A DNA stretch of 27,992 nt, taken from positions 1 to 27,992 of the forward strand of contig DVMS01000067.1 of the NCBI GenBank assembly GCA_018714885.1, in the 5' to 3' direction. Made by a program: the position numbers and the translations under genes. Below the pieces are notes generated by a model, which made no database searches, was not told where the DNA came from, and saw nothing but the letters and a program-made list of their open reading frames with translations. This DNA comes from Candidatus Limisoma intestinavium. GTDB lineage: Bacteria; Bacteroidota; Bacteroidia; Bacteroidales; Muribaculaceae. Each line of letters opens with the position of its first letter. The first letter of the stretch is position 1. Shown here one piece after another: positions 26,979 to 27,992 of the stretch.

Positions 26979-27992
26979 TTAAGCTCCAAAATTGTCGTAA
27001 CGAATACTTTCCGGTTCAACACCCAAATTGTCGAGCATTTTCACAACGGCAGCACTCATCGGGCCGGGGCCGCACATGTAGTATTCGATGTCTTCCGGCG
27101 CTTCATGATCTTTTAGGTATGTGTCGAACATGACTTGGTGGACGAAGCCGGCTGTGTATTTCACGCCTGCTGCATCAGCCGCGGGGTCGGGACGGTCAAG
27201 AGCCAAATGGAATGAGAAATTCGGAAATTCTTTTTCCAATTGGAGAAAATCGTTCAAGTAGAACACTTCATTAAGAGCGCGTGCTCCGTAGAAGTACGAC
27301 ATTTTCCGGTCGCGCGTGTTTAAAGTTTTTGTCATGTGCATGATTTGTGCGCGTAGCGGTGCCATTCCGGCTCCGCCGCCAACCCAAATCATTTCTTTTT
27401 TTGAATTGAAATTCGGGTGGAAATCTCCATACGGGCCACTCATGATCACTTTGTCGCCGGGTTTCAGCGTATAGATGTAGGAAGACGCGATTCCGGGCAT
27501 TACATCCATGAATCCGACTTGCGGTTTGGGTTTGAAAGGCGGCGTGGCAATACGCACCGTAAGCATGATTCGGTCGCCTTCTGCCGGATAGTTGGCCATG
27601 GAATAGGCACGGACTGTCTCTTCTTCGTTTTTACATTTAAGCCCGAACAATCCAAATTTTTCCCATGCCGGCAGATATTCTTTTCCAATCATGGATTTGT
27701 CGATGTCTTTATCGTAGTCCATCGAGAATTTTGGAATTTTGATTTGCGCATAGGAGCCCGGGATGAAATTCATGTGTTCGCCTTCTGGAAGCGCGACAAT
27801 AAACTCCTTGATAAATGTCGCTACATTTTTGTTCGACAGGACTTCGCATTCCCATTCCTTTACGCCCAATACAGTCTCCGGCACAAGAATGCTGAGATCG
27901 TTTTTTATTTTAACTTGGCAACCCAAATGCCAATTGTCGAGCAATTCTTTTCTGGAAAAATGCACTTTTTCCGTTGGAAGCGCTTCCCCGAC
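26979..27992 (-). CDS. nqrF: Na+-translocating NADH:quinone oxidoreductase subunit F, 5'-truncated by the window edge
   Basis: Open to base 27992 ([15 protein letters not shown]...); [36 protein letters not shown], terminal YDNFG. Confidence 0.95.
   Translation of the reverse strand, partial: VGEALPTEKVHFSRKELLDNWHLGCQVKIKNDLSILVPETVLGVKEWECEVLSNKNVATFIKEFIVALPEGEHMNFIPGSYAQIKIPKFSMDYDKDIDKSMIGKEYLPAWEKFGLFGLKCKNEEETVRAYSMANYPAEGDRIMLTVRIATPPFKPKPQVGFMDVMPGIASSYIYTLKPGDKVIMSGPYGDFHPNFNSKKEMIWVGGGAGMAPLRAQIMHMTKTLNTRDRKMSYFYGARALNEVFYLNDFLQLEKEFPNFSFHLALDRPDPAADAAGVKYTAGFVHQVMFDTYLKDHEAPEDIEYYMCGPGPMSAAVVKMLDNLGVEPESIRYDNFGA

Noticed and set aside
26960-27022. Longer bioA start overlapping nqrF, and similar extensions in the track for nrdJ, lysC, lysA, the lipid kinase and the cytidylate-kinase-like gene
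   Set aside because: The extensions lack family-like sequence and overlap neighbours or promoters; downstream ATGs fit the family N-termini.
1-27992. CRISPR arrays, IS elements, prophage, defence systems, tRNA or rRNA genes
   Set aside because: No spaced direct repeats, transposase, integrase or phage motifs, or cloverleafs seen; nearly all sequence is explained by housekeeping genes.

Overview
Core-genome window from a Bacteroidales bacterium (inferred from gene families and TTTG-N19-21-TAnnTTTG promoters). It holds 24 densely packed genes. From left to right: a glycogen-type alpha-glucan operon (debranching enzyme, GT4, GH57; the GH57 runs off the left edge and is missing from the ORF track), a lipid kinase, an HdeD-like membrane protein, a cytidylate-kinase-like protein, trigger factor, a LysE plus CBM9-like pair, an NfsA-type flavin oxidoreductase divergent from class II ribonucleotide reductase, GH77 4-alpha-glucanotransferase, ftsE-lysC-lysA, thioredoxin, phosphoglucomutase, and a minus-strand run nqrF(partial)-bioA-bioF-bioG/bioC fusion-bioD-3'-5' exonuclease-small membrane protein. 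I saw no mobile elements, CRISPR arrays, rRNA or tRNA genes, and I cannot support a clearly new biological system. The best leads are: biotin genes apparently appended to the Na+-NQR operon, a perfect 22-bp dyad just upstream of the nrdJ promoter, an Asp-to-Asn change at the GH57 catalytic acid/base site, and a coupled LysE exporter plus cytoplasmic sugar-binding-fold protein. All assignments come from motif recognition by eye; no database searches were run.
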